Shown here in pieces: positions 8,444 to 16,449 of a DNA stretch of 64,000 bases. The position numbers and the translations under genes are program-made. This DNA comes from a virus (Duplodnaviria > Caudoviricetes): positions 64,001-128,000 of IMG/VR virus record IMGVR_UViG_3300032243_000867; one strand, 5' to 3'. Under the pieces are notes generated by a model. That model ran no database searches. It was not told where the DNA came from and saw only the letters and a program-made list of their open reading frames with translations. Position 1 is the stretch's first letter. Every line of letters begins with the position of its first letter.

Positions 8444-8929
8444 ATGGCAACGGATACGTGGGAAGCTGGCAAGGACGTGTGGGAGCTCGTGCAGTACCAC
8501 ATCAGCAACAATCACCCCAACCTCGCTCTGGTGGACAAGGAGATCGCCGTGATCTTCCGGGCGAAGGCTAGCAAGTCGGGCGGGCAGGTGGTGCTGGGCA
8601 AGTCCCGCAAGGCCGGGGCGATCTTCAAGGTGCTGGGCAAGGCGGACTACAAGTTCATCTTGGAGATCGCGGGCGATGAGTGGGGCAAGATGGGCGATCC
8701 CCAGCGCAGCGCGCTGATCGACCACCTCCTCTGCGCGTGCAAGGTGGAGGAGGACGAGAAGACGGGCGACCTCAAGTTCAGCATCGCATCGCCCGAGGTG
8801 AGCTTCTTCTGGGATGAGCTCAAGCGCCACGGCGACTGGCGCACGCGCCCGCAGCAGGAAGCTGGCGACTCGACCAACGTCGAGGGCGTGCTGGGGATGA
8901 TGAACGACGACGCATCCGAAGAGAACTGA
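8444..8929 (+). CDS. Phage metallopeptidase-like domain protein, possibly inactive
   Basis: IAVIFRAKA...VLGK...KFILEI..DEW...RSALIDHLLCAC; SD-like AAGGA upstream of ATG 8444. Confidence 0.55.
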   Translation: MATDTWEAGKDVWELVQYHISNNHPNLALVDKEIAVIFRAKASKSGGQVVLGKSRKAGAIFKVLGKADYKFILEIAGDEWGKMGDPQRSALIDHLLCACKVEEDEKTGDLKFSIASPEVSFFWDELKRHGDWRTRPQQEAGDSTNVEGVLGMMNDDASEEN

Positions 8930-8957
8930 CGGTTACTGCGGGGATAGCGTTTCCATC

Positions 8958-9254
8958 GTGCCCCTTCCCACCGTTTACTTCATACAGGCCAACGGCCCCA
9001 GCGGCCCCGTGAAGATCGGCTACACGGGGCGAAGGGTGTCCCAACGGCTGGCCGAGGGGCAAACCTTCGCCCCGGAGGAGCTCACGGTGCTGGTAGAAGC
9101 CCCCGGTACGCCCGCCGATGAGGCGAAGCTGCACCGATTGTTCTCCCAGCACCGCATCCGGGGCGAGTGGTTCACCTACGGACCCGAGATTCAGGAGCTC
9201 GTCTGGTTCCTGATCGAAGGCGGGTCGCTGACGCTGTGGTTGGAAGCGTTCTGA
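8958..9254 (+). CDS. GIY-YIG-related (T5orf172-like) nuclease domain protein
   Basis: VYFIQA...PVKIGYT...RL...EAKLHRLF...IRGEWF. Confidence 0.8.
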   Translation: MPLPTVYFIQANGPSGPVKIGYTGRRVSQRLAEGQTFAPEELTVLVEAPGTPADEAKLHRLFSQHRIRGEWFTYGPEIQELVWFLIEGGSLTLWLEAF

Positions 9255-9285
9255 CGCGCTATCCCGTTTCTAGGGTAGGTCCGTT

Positions 9286-9567
9286 GTGGCGAAGATAATC
9301 AGCACCGCCGGGATGACCCCGTTCGAGGTGGTGATCGACGGAACCGTTCCCGGCATGGTGCGGTTCGTCCGCGCGTTGTCTAAGACGAGCGCGAAGGTAT
9401 CCAGCTCCCCGAAGAAGAGCCAACTTGGGAACCAAATGGTTTTCGTGGTTTGGCTGAGCCCGTTCTACATCGCCCTGTTTCGGACGTGGTGCGATCCCGC
9501 GGGCTTTCGGTTCATCTCGGCGGATTCCGTCCAGACGGACGGATCGGTCAAGAATCCAGAGCCTTGA
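9286..9567 (+). CDS. Hypothetical protein
   Basis: 93 aa ORF fills the gap after the nuclease gene. Confidence 0.5.
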   Translation: MAKIISTAGMTPFEVVIDGTVPGMVRFVRALSKTSAKVSSSPKKSQLGNQMVFVVWLSPFYIALFRTWCDPAGFRFISADSVQTDGSVKNPEP

Positions 9568-10042
9568 GGGAGTCTCCGAGGGAGCGGAGCGAATCAGCGG
9601 AGAGCTTCCCCGCCGAAGACTCCAGCTCACCGAGCTGAGCCGAGAACCTCTCGACGTTCCCTTCTATCTGGTCTGCAAGGACCCAGAACCGTTTGCGGCA
9701 CTCCACGGCGAGCGCGGCGACGTGCTTACACGCCGCCCGCCGTTGCTGAAGGTCGGGGCAGGTGCAGTTGAACCCCGGCTTCGGTTGGAAGGTGAGGCGG
9801 GTTTTGTATCCCGCCGACCCGGTGCTGGCCGATGCCGTCGCGGGAACTCCGCTGCCGTCCGGGAGCATCTGGGTAGTGATGATGACGTGGGACACGGGGA
9901 CGTTCGGGGCGCGTTGCGCCCTCGAAGGGGGGACCGCTCGTTCCAGACGGTTTAGCAGTTCGTTCGCCGTCTGAAGGTTCCCCAGGGTCTTCGAGAGGCC
10001 CAGAAGGGCGGAGGATGTAGATTGAAGAGGGTTCGCGTTCAT
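9548..10042 (-). CDS. SWIM zinc-finger protein
   Basis: FNCTCPD...ACKHV; GGAGG SD upstream of ATG 10042. Confidence 0.7.
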   Translation of the reverse strand: MNANPLQSTSSALLGLSKTLGNLQTANELLNRLERAVPPSRAQRAPNVPVSHVIITTQMLPDGSGVPATASASTGSAGYKTRLTFQPKPGFNCTCPDLQQRRAACKHVAALAVECRKRFWVLADQIEGNVERFSAQLGELESSAGKLSADSLRSLGDSLKALDS

Positions 10043-10085
10043 GCCTACCTCCCTCTTTTTACGCCCGCGAAGGTAAGGTAACGGC

Positions 10086-11918
10086 ATGGCCCGCCCCATC
10101 ACCACGTTGTTTCAGCCCACCGTCATTCTCCTCGCAGAAATGTCCCTCGTCCCTCAAGGGCTCGATGACCTCGTGGAGTGGGTCGGGGACTACCGCCCGG
10201 AGTGCCTCCCCGGTGAGAGCCCCACGGGCATGGACCTGTTCCCCCACGGTGGTGCGCGCGACGACGGGGGTGTGCTCACGGGCAATGAGCTCTTGGTCGA
10301 GCTCGCGGGCCGAAATTGTTATGACAAGGAGACCGAGGTACTCACGGAAACTGGGTGGGTGAAGTTCCCGGACCTCCCCCAAGGTGTGCCCATCGCCACG
10401 TACAACCAGGGTACCGGGATGGTCGAGTATCAAGTACCGACGGACTACATCCAGAAGAAGTACACCGGGGCGATGTATCGGGTGGATTCCCGGTCAGTCT
10501 CTCTTCGTGTGACCGAAGACCATGACATCTGGCATGGGGATCGGAGCCGCTGGTGGAGCTTCTCACCGGCTCGCGAGGTGGCTGGCCATTCCTACAGGCT
10601 CCTCCGTACGGCACCCTATGCAGGGGATGGGTTCGTGGAGCCCTTCTGGGAGGTTCCCACTGACAAGTCTCTGGCATGGGCTACGTTTCTCGGGTATCTC
10701 GTGACCGAGGGTTATGTGTTCGACGGGCGCGGGAGGGGCACTGGATCAAGGGTCACTCTTTTCCAGAAGCCTGCGAAGGCAGGTCCCATTCTCGCGTGTC
10801 TGGCAGAACTGGGTTTCACCCCCCGTGTCCAGACCGATGCGCGGAATGGTGTTCTCCAGATCACTGTGGGGAACACCAAACTCGCACAGGCACTCCTCCC
10901 TTGGGCGGGGGTGCTGTCTCATCACAAGCGTCTCCCCAACCATGTTTTCAACTGGCCGATGGGTGTTCGGGCTGCGCTGGTCAACGCCATGATGGCTGGT
11001 GATGGGACCGTCACCAATGGGCACCGGGTCTTCTACACGTCTTCACCGGGGCTCGCTGAAGACATGCAGCGCCTCATCACTCTCTCCGGGAAACCGGGGT
11101 CTCTGCACAACGTCCAGAGGGTGCAACGGGAGACCGGGTTCTCGTCGCGTCACCCGAGCTACACTGTTCGGGAGTGTGGACGGAACGAAGTCACCCTCAA
11201 CAAGCACGGTGTGGCCCATGACGGGTGGGAGGAGACATCAGATGAGGATGTCTACTGCGTGACGGTGCCCAATCGAACCCTTCTCGTCCGCCGTGACCAG
11301 AAGGTGGTGGTGTGTGCAAATTGCTACCACTCCTACGGGGCCAAGGCGGGCAAGAAGTCCAACGCGGACTACATCGCCCACACCCAGAGCGGGAGCGTCC
11401 CGCACCGTTCGATCATGTACCACGCCAAGATGACCTTCTTCGTCGGCGGCATCTCACGGCGGGTCAGTCACGAGCTCATCCGGCACTACGTCGGTGCAGA
11501 CCGTAGCGAGGAAGGTTCACCGTCGCAGGAGTCCACCCGGTACACGCACCACCCGGGGCACTTTGTCGTCCCCCCGAAGATGATGGGGGACGGTAACGCC
11601 GTGGAGCAGTTCATGGCGTCGATGAGCTCCGCGTACACCGCGTACCACGAGTACATCGACCGGGAGACGGAAGCCTATCGTGCGGCGTCGGGAGAGGAGC
11701 CCAAGGGGCTGTCCCGCAAGCGCATCTACGAGGCGGCGGCGGGGTTGCTACCGATGCAATCTGCCACGTCTCTCGTGTGGACGGCCAACCCGGTGAGCCT
11801 CGCCAAGATGTTTGCGGAACGCACGGACGAAACCTCCGACGCGGAGTTTCAGCGCCTCGCCCTCCGGTGGCAGAAGCTGTGTGTCGCCCGGTGGCCCAAT
11901 CTGTTTCCGAGGGCGTAA
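10086..11918 (+). CDS. thyX: Flavin-dependent thymidylate synthase ThyX with an intein
   Basis: After intein removal it reads AGRN/CYHS, HRSIMYH, GISRRVSHELIRH and SQESTRY, all ThyX motifs. Confidence 0.85.
   Translation: MARPITTLFQPTVILLAEMSLVPQGLDDLVEWVGDYRPECLPGESPTGMDLFPHGGARDDGGVLTGNELLVELAGRNCYDKETEVLTETGWVKFPDLPQGVPIATYNQGTGMVEYQVPTDYIQKKYTGAMYRVDSRSVSLRVTEDHDIWHGDRSRWWSFSPAREVAGHSYRLLRTAPYAGDGFVEPFWEVPTDKSLAWATFLGYLVTEGYVFDGRGRGTGSRVTLFQKPAKAGPILACLAELGFTPRVQTDARNGVLQITVGNTKLAQALLPWAGVLSHHKRLPNHVFNWPMGVRAALVNAMMAGDGTVTNGHRVFYTSSPGLAEDMQRLITLSGKPGSLHNVQRVQRETGFSSRHPSYTVRECGRNEVTLNKHGVAHDGWEETSDEDVYCVTVPNRTLLVRRDQKVVVCANCYHSYGAKAGKKSNADYIAHTQSGSVPHRSIMYHAKMTFFVGGISRRVSHELIRHYVGADRSEEGSPSQESTRYTHHPGHFVVPPKMMGDGNAVEQFMASMSSAYTAYHEYIDRETEAYRAASGEEPKGLSRKRIYEAAAGLLPMQSATSLVWTANPVSLAKMFAERTDETSDAEFQRLALRWQKLCVARWPNLFPRA
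10317..11321 (+). mobile_element. Intein (335 aa) with LAGLIDADG homing endonuclease in thyX
   Basis: Starts CYDKETEVLT; block B VTEDH; LAGLIDADG motifs FLGYLVTEG and LVNAMMAGDG; ends VYCVTVP...VVCAN before Cys+1. Confidence 0.9.
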
Positions 11919-11928
11919 GGTAGGGCAC

Positions 11929-12009
11929 GCGAGCGTGGCGGAATGGCAGACGCGCCGGATTTAGGCTCCGGTGCCGCAAGGCGTGGAGGTTCGACCCCTC
12001 TCGCTCGCA
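11929..12009 (+). tRNA. tRNA-Leu(TAG)
   Basis: Acceptor GCGAGCG/CGCTCGC, anticodon arm CCGGA-TTTAGGC-TCCGG, long variable arm, T-arm GGAGG-TTCGACC-CCTCT; CCA not encoded. Confidence 0.95.
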
Positions 12010-12021
12010 CTGGAGACGGCA

Positions 12022-12357
12022 ATGCACACCCTGCTTCAAGGCTTCTATCACGTCGGGCGCGACCCGTTCCCCGGGCACCTCTGCACCCTCCCCAACTCGC
12101 GGGAGCCCGAGGTCATGGATTCTTCCGGCGACGCCTACCACGTCGTGGTTCTCGTAGATTGCAGGTTTTCCGTGCATGGTAGGATCGCCAAGATGAAGCC
12201 CTACACGGCCCGCGACGACGAAGACGGTTCGTTGCTATACGGGTGGGTAGACGCGAACGGCAACTTTTCGGACCACGGCGAGAAGTACATCCACGGCGAC
12301 CATGAGAAGGTGGTCGCTTGGAAGCCGTGCCCTGCCGACTTCGACCTTCGAGTGTGA
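12022..12357 (+). CDS. Hypothetical protein
   Basis: ATG at 12022 with GGAG upstream. Confidence 0.55.
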   Translation: MHTLLQGFYHVGRDPFPGHLCTLPNSREPEVMDSSGDAYHVVVLVDCRFSVHGRIAKMKPYTARDDEDGSLLYGWVDANGNFSDHGEKYIHGDHEKVVAWKPCPADFDLRV

Positions 12358-12367
12358 CCGAAAACTG

Positions 12368-12592
12368 ATGGAAAAGCACATGGCTTGGGACGCGAACGGA
12401 TCGCCCATCGAGGGCTCTCAACACCACACCCCTGCTCCTACCCCCTCCCCGTCGCGTAAGGGAGCCCTCTCCGACCTCTTCGTCGGATACCGGGAGGCGC
12501 TTTCGCTTGCCCTGTCGGACGGCGACCTGTCGAAGCTGGACGAGGCTCACGAGGCCCTCAAGGCCCGCATCCGTGAGGACCGACTTCGATGA
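12368..12592 (+). CDS. Hypothetical protein
   Basis: Short helical ORF, coupled to the next gene by ATGA. Confidence 0.5.
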   Translation: MEKHMAWDANGSPIEGSQHHTPAPTPSPSRKGALSDLFVGYREALSLALSDGDLSKLDEAHEALKARIREDRLR

Positions 12593-12816
12593 TCCGCAAC
12601 CTTCGCAAGATGTCCTACGCCCGACTCGCCGCCATCTCACACGCACCCGAGGTCAAGGCGGAGTTGGAACGCCGAAGGCTTCGCCGCTCCGTTCGCAAGC
12701 CTTCAGGGCAACCGAGCAATGACTACGACCTGATCGTGAGAGACACGGTGGACCGTGTGCGGAGCGCGATCCTTGCGAAGATACTTTCCAATCTCGGCCT
12801 CCCCTCGCGGGGGTAG
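12589..12816 (+). CDS. Hypothetical basic protein
   Basis: ATGA-coupled 75 aa ORF. Confidence 0.5.
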   Translation: MIRNLRKMSYARLAAISHAPEVKAELERRRLRRSVRKPSGQPSNDYDLIVRDTVDRVRSAILAKILSNLGLPSRG

Positions 12817-12824
12817 GTCAACAC

Positions 12825-12889
12825 GGACGGGTGCCCGAGCGGCCAAAGGGAGCAGACTGTAAATCTGTCGGCTTATGCCTACGGTGGTT
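12825..12889 (+). pseudogene. Truncated tRNA-Tyr(GTA), 3' part missing after the start of the T-loop
   Basis: GGACGGG-TG-CCCGAGCGGCCAAAGGG-A-GCAGA-CTGTAAA-TCTGT, variable arm, then GGTGGTT. The expected CGAATCCACC/CCCGTCC does not follow. Confidence 0.8.
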
Positions 12890-12965
12890 ACTCCTCAACA
12901 GTTCTTCTACCTTCTGGTCAGTGCCGCCCTCGTTTGGGCGGTGACCCAAGCCGTCACGTACCCCC

Positions 12966-13127
12966 ATGACAGAAGATGCCAAAGCGAAATTGTCTGCTGC
13001 CCGCAAGGGTGTCCCGAGACCCCCCGAGGTTGGAGCAAAAGTGAGTGCGGCACTCAAGGGGCGACCCTGGACACCTGAGCGCAAAGAAGCCGCCCGTGTC
13101 CGTGCAGCACAGCGTAAGGGGGGATAG
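12966..13127 (+). CDS. NUMOD3-like DNA-binding repeat peptide (homing endonuclease remnant), 53 aa
   Basis: MTEDAKAKLSAARKGVPRPPEVGAKVSAALKGRPWTPERKEAARVRAAQRKGG; the in-frame TGA at 12942 limits it upstream. Confidence 0.6.
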   Translation: MTEDAKAKLSAARKGVPRPPEVGAKVSAALKGRPWTPERKEAARVRAAQRKGG

Positions 13128-13129
13128 AC

Positions 13130-14506
13130 ATGTCGCTAGACACGAAGCACCGCCCCCGCACCTACGCCGACGTTCTCGGCCAGCGCGAAACGATCACGAT
13201 CCTCAAGCAGTACGTCTCGACGGGCGCGGGCTTTCATCAGTCCTACCTGTTCGCGGGGCCGTTCGGGAGCGGCAAGACGACCCTCGCACGGGTGCTCGCC
13301 CGCTCCCTTCTGTGCTCCGCGCCCGTAGAAGGCGAGCCCTGCGACCGTTGCACCTCGTGCAAGTCTCTCTTGGAAGGGGGCTCTTCGCCCGACTTCTCCG
13401 AGATCGACGCGGCGACGAACAGCGGCAAAGATTCCGTCCGCCGCATCGTGGACGAGATTCAGTACAGCACCTTCAGCGGGAAGCGGAAGCTGTACCTCCT
13501 CGACGAGTCTCACCGCTTGTCCACCGACGCCCTCGACGCCCTTCTCAAACCCTTGGAGGACAACTACCCCGGCACGCAGGACAAGCTCCTCGTCTGTATC
13601 TTCTGCACGACCGAGCCCGAGCGGATGCGAAACACCATCCTCTCCCGATGCGCCCCGGCGTTCGTTGTTCGCCCGGTACTCCCTGCCCAAGTGGGCGAGC
13701 GCCTCGCCGCGGTCTGCGAGTCCGAAGGCATCCCGTACGAGCGCCCCGCCCTCGATCTGATCGGTGAAATCACCGAGTGCCACATCCGCGACGCACTCAA
13801 GGCCGTGGAGGGGGTCTCGATGCTGGGGGGGATCACCGTCGCCAACGTGGCCCAATACCTCCACCTCGACTATGCGGAGTCGGCTCTGGAGGTTCTGTCT
13901 CTCATCAAGACGGACCTCCCCTCCGCCCTTTCCCGCGCCGAGGGGTTGCTCAAGACCATGAGCCCTATCACCTTGTACGAGAGACTCTCGGACATGGCGA
14001 TGTTGTCCTATCGTTCTTCTCTGGGGTCCGCTACGATCCCGACCTACTTGAGTCGGGAAGCCGTTGAAAGCCTTGGCCGAACGGTAGGAACCGAACTTCT
14101 CGACTACTCGGAGAAACTGTCTTCCCGTCCGGGCCGTCCGACGGCGGCGATGCTTCTGTGTGACCTATCCCAGTTGCACCGGGGGCCTCGGCGGTTCTCC
14201 CTCGTACCTGAATCCTCTCCGACCCCCGCCCCCCTTTCAAAGAAGGAGGGTAACGTCAAGCCGCCCAATGCGGATAAACCTTCTATTGTCGATTCGGTCT
14301 ACCTCCACCCCCGCGCCGTCAACGCGAATCGCGACCGGGTCGAGCCTTCTTCGTCTGCTGTGTCCGCTTCGTCTGGGTACACGCCGTTGGAGTTTTTTCA
14401 ACTCGTCAAGCGCCGCGTACAGGAACTAGAACAGCAGGGCGGATCGAATGGCGGATCAACGGGACGAGACGACATGGGCGACTCTGGAACTCACGAAACT
14501 CGGTGA
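13130..14506 (+). CDS. dnaX: DNA polymerase III gamma/tau clamp-loader subunit
   Basis: KHRPRTYADVLGQ, GPFGSGKTT, C...CDRCTSC zinc motif, DAAT, LDESHRL, TTE and SRC. Confidence 0.9.
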   Translation: MSLDTKHRPRTYADVLGQRETITILKQYVSTGAGFHQSYLFAGPFGSGKTTLARVLARSLLCSAPVEGEPCDRCTSCKSLLEGGSSPDFSEIDAATNSGKDSVRRIVDEIQYSTFSGKRKLYLLDESHRLSTDALDALLKPLEDNYPGTQDKLLVCIFCTTEPERMRNTILSRCAPAFVVRPVLPAQVGERLAAVCESEGIPYERPALDLIGEITECHIRDALKAVEGVSMLGGITVANVAQYLHLDYAESALEVLSLIKTDLPSALSRAEGLLKTMSPITLYERLSDMAMLSYRSSLGSATIPTYLSREAVESLGRTVGTELLDYSEKLSSRPGRPTAAMLLCDLSQLHRGPRRFSLVPESSPTPAPLSKKEGNVKPPNADKPSIVDSVYLHPRAVNANRDRVEPSSSAVSASSGYTPLEFFQLVKRRVQELEQQGGSNGGSTGRDDMGDSGTHETR

Positions 14507-15062
14507 GCAGAAGGCCATAGAGGGGAAGCTGGAAGCGTCTCTTCGCTCCCTACTTTCTGTAGACTCCTCCTTTCCTATATTCGTCCCCTACGCGACGTAC
14601 ACTAAAGGGGGGAGGACGGTTAGCGTCCGTTTGATCGAGGGCTATGCCTTCATCGCGACGGGGTTGCCCGAGACTTCTTACTTTCGCCTCGAACGATCCC
14701 AGCTCGTATCGCGGGTCTTCAGCTCCCAGCAACGGAACGGGATGCGGGTTCTTCACTCCTTGCCGAACGGCGAAGTGGAGTCGATGCGGGAACGCTTGGC
14801 GGATTCTCTGGGGGCAGACCTGGAGGTCGGGGCGAAGGTTCGTATCACGGGCGGGAATTACCGCGACCTGGAGGGGGTCGTCATGGATCTGTACGAGAAG
14901 CGCGCCGCTGTTCAGGTCGTATTTCGATCCCTCACGGCGATAGCGGTGGTACCGAGGAATTTGGTCACCTTCTCAAGCCCGGAAGTTTTCCAGACCTCAG
15001 ATTCGGAATCTGAGATTACGGTATCCCTGGAAGAACTACTGGAGGGGGGCTCCCAGCTATGA
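14448..15062 (+). CDS. NusG/RfaH-family transcription elongation factor
   Basis: NGN domain (IFVP...LIEGYAFI) plus KOW (VGAKVRITGGNYRDLEGVV). Confidence 0.85.
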   Translation: MADQRDETTWATLELTKLGEQKAIEGKLEASLRSLLSVDSSFPIFVPYATYTKGGRTVSVRLIEGYAFIATGLPETSYFRLERSQLVSRVFSSQQRNGMRVLHSLPNGEVESMRERLADSLGADLEVGAKVRITGGNYRDLEGVVMDLYEKRAAVQVVFRSLTAIAVVPRNLVTFSSPEVFQTSDSESEITVSLEELLEGGSQL

Positions 15063-15634
15063 CGGAATGGTTGACGAACCTGTCCGAAGAGGACGTGATC
15101 ACCAGCTTCGGAAGCATCTTCACGGACCCGGACGAGGATGACCTTCGGGTCATCGAGAGGGTTCGCAAGATCCTAGACCGTCTCCCGGTGATCGAGGCCG
15201 ACTTCATCGACTTGTACTTTTTCCGTCACCTCCGTCAAACGGACATCGCCGCGATTTTCGGGGTGTCTCAGCCCACGGTGTGTTACCGCCTACAGAGGGG
15301 CATCCAGCGCATCAAGTACCTACTCGAAGTCCCGAAGGTGAATGCGGTAACGCTTCGCTCGGACCTTCGGAGATTCTTCACCGACCCCACGGACATCGAA
15401 ATTCTCGTTCTCATGTACGAGACGACGTGCCAGAGTGAGACGGCGAAGCGTCTGGGGGTCACGCAGGGGTTCGTCCGACACCGTTTCGTGAGATCCACGA
15501 AGCGTATGAACTCTCACCCCGCCATGAGGTTCTACGGCGAGGTGTTCACTGTCGTTTCCGACAACCTGAACCTACTTCGCGAGGTCCAGCGCACCCTTCC
15601 CGCCGTTCGCGGGGGGTACGTCTTGGACTCTTGA
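15059..15634 (+). CDS. Protein with two sigma-70 region-4-like HTH domains
   Basis: LDRLP...LYFFRHLRQTDIAAIFGVSQPTVCYRLQR, then LMYETTCQSETAKRLGVTQGFVRHRF. Confidence 0.75.
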   Translation: MTEWLTNLSEEDVITSFGSIFTDPDEDDLRVIERVRKILDRLPVIEADFIDLYFFRHLRQTDIAAIFGVSQPTVCYRLQRGIQRIKYLLEVPKVNAVTLRSDLRRFFTDPTDIEILVLMYETTCQSETAKRLGVTQGFVRHRFVRSTKRMNSHPAMRFYGEVFTVVSDNLNLLREVQRTLPAVRGGYVLDS

Positions 15635-15671
15635 CCCGCCGCTACCTTCCTTATCTTTCCGCGGTAGGTAG

Positions 15672-16007
15672 ATGGAACCTGACGACAATCCCCTTACCGT
15701 GCGGGTGGTTATGGCCCGATCCGTCGCGGATCGCTGGCTTCGGGGACACACCCGTAGCGAGTACCGCTTCACGGTCTTCGGGTTTCAGAGCCCCGCGAAG
15801 GCCAAAAGGTTCGCTTCGAGCCTTCGGTCCATTCGGGACCGTCAGCTTCGCGTCTCCTCGCACCCCACCCATCTGCCCGTGATTGCGGATCTTGGGGTCA
15901 AAGAGAAGGGGGACGCTGTCGAGCTCTGGTCTTCCAACGTAGAGGCCCTGCGAAAGATCGCCCGCTGGGCGGAGTCCGCGGGAATGAACACCGACTTCAT
16001 CTGGTGA
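15672..16007 (+). CDS. Hypothetical protein, first gene of the virion cluster
   Basis: Contains the SVADRWL motif near its N-terminus. Confidence 0.6.
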   Translation: MEPDDNPLTVRVVMARSVADRWLRGHTRSEYRFTVFGFQSPAKAKRFASSLRSIRDRQLRVSSHPTHLPVIADLGVKEKGDAVELWSSNVEALRKIARWAESAGMNTDFIW

Positions 16008-16010
16008 ACC

Positions 16011-16439
16011 GTGGCCTACCAGCGAACACTCTCGGCGTTCACTTACCGTAGCGGGGTCGCCCCGAACTACTACTACTTCACGATCTGCCTCGACCAAGGC
16101 GGACTCGTCTCGGTCAAGAACATCGAGAGCCCGCAGGGTCGGATCGTTGACTCACAGACTTCCATCCCGCAGTCCGTGACCGACGACATCCAGTCGGCCA
16201 TCGCCCAAGTGGAGAACCTCGTGGCCCAGACCAGCGCCGTGAATGGCCAACTCACCTTCGCCGGGGAAACCACCAAGACGGTGGCCTTCGTGACGCCCTT
16301 CTCGGGCACGTCCTACCGGGTGGTGTTCTCGGTGCAGGACTTCGTGCCCGTGCGGGTCACCAACAAGCTCACCACGGGCTTCACCGTGTCGGTGGGCGTG
16401 ACCTATTCCGGCACCATCGGCTATGACGTGTTCGTCTAA
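16011..16439 (+). CDS. Putative virion protein
   Basis: C-terminal beta-rich module (VAFVTPF...YRVVF...VTNKLTTGFTV) shared with the next gene. Confidence 0.6.
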   Translation: MAYQRTLSAFTYRSGVAPNYYYFTICLDQGGLVSVKNIESPQGRIVDSQTSIPQSVTDDIQSAIAQVENLVAQTSAVNGQLTFAGETTKTVAFVTPFSGTSYRVVFSVQDFVPVRVTNKLTTGFTVSVGVTYSGTIGYDVFV

Positions 16440-16449
16440 GGCTTGACCA

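Noticed and set aside
8941-9270. 9-bp inverted repeat (GGGATAGCG/CGCTATCCC) and CGTTTC copies flanking the GIY-YIG-like gene, as a mini mobile element
   Set aside because: Too short to be significant in high-GC DNA, no transposase, and CGTTTY also occurs in promoter-like regions.
12890-13101. Intron in the T-loop of tRNA-Tyr, with CCGCC-CGTGTCC at 13090-13101 as the 3' exon
   Set aside because: The pairing needs two G-U pairs and a G-G mismatch, the T-loop would be non-canonical, the sequence lies inside the NUMOD3-like ORF, and no group I/II core is visible. Probably chance.
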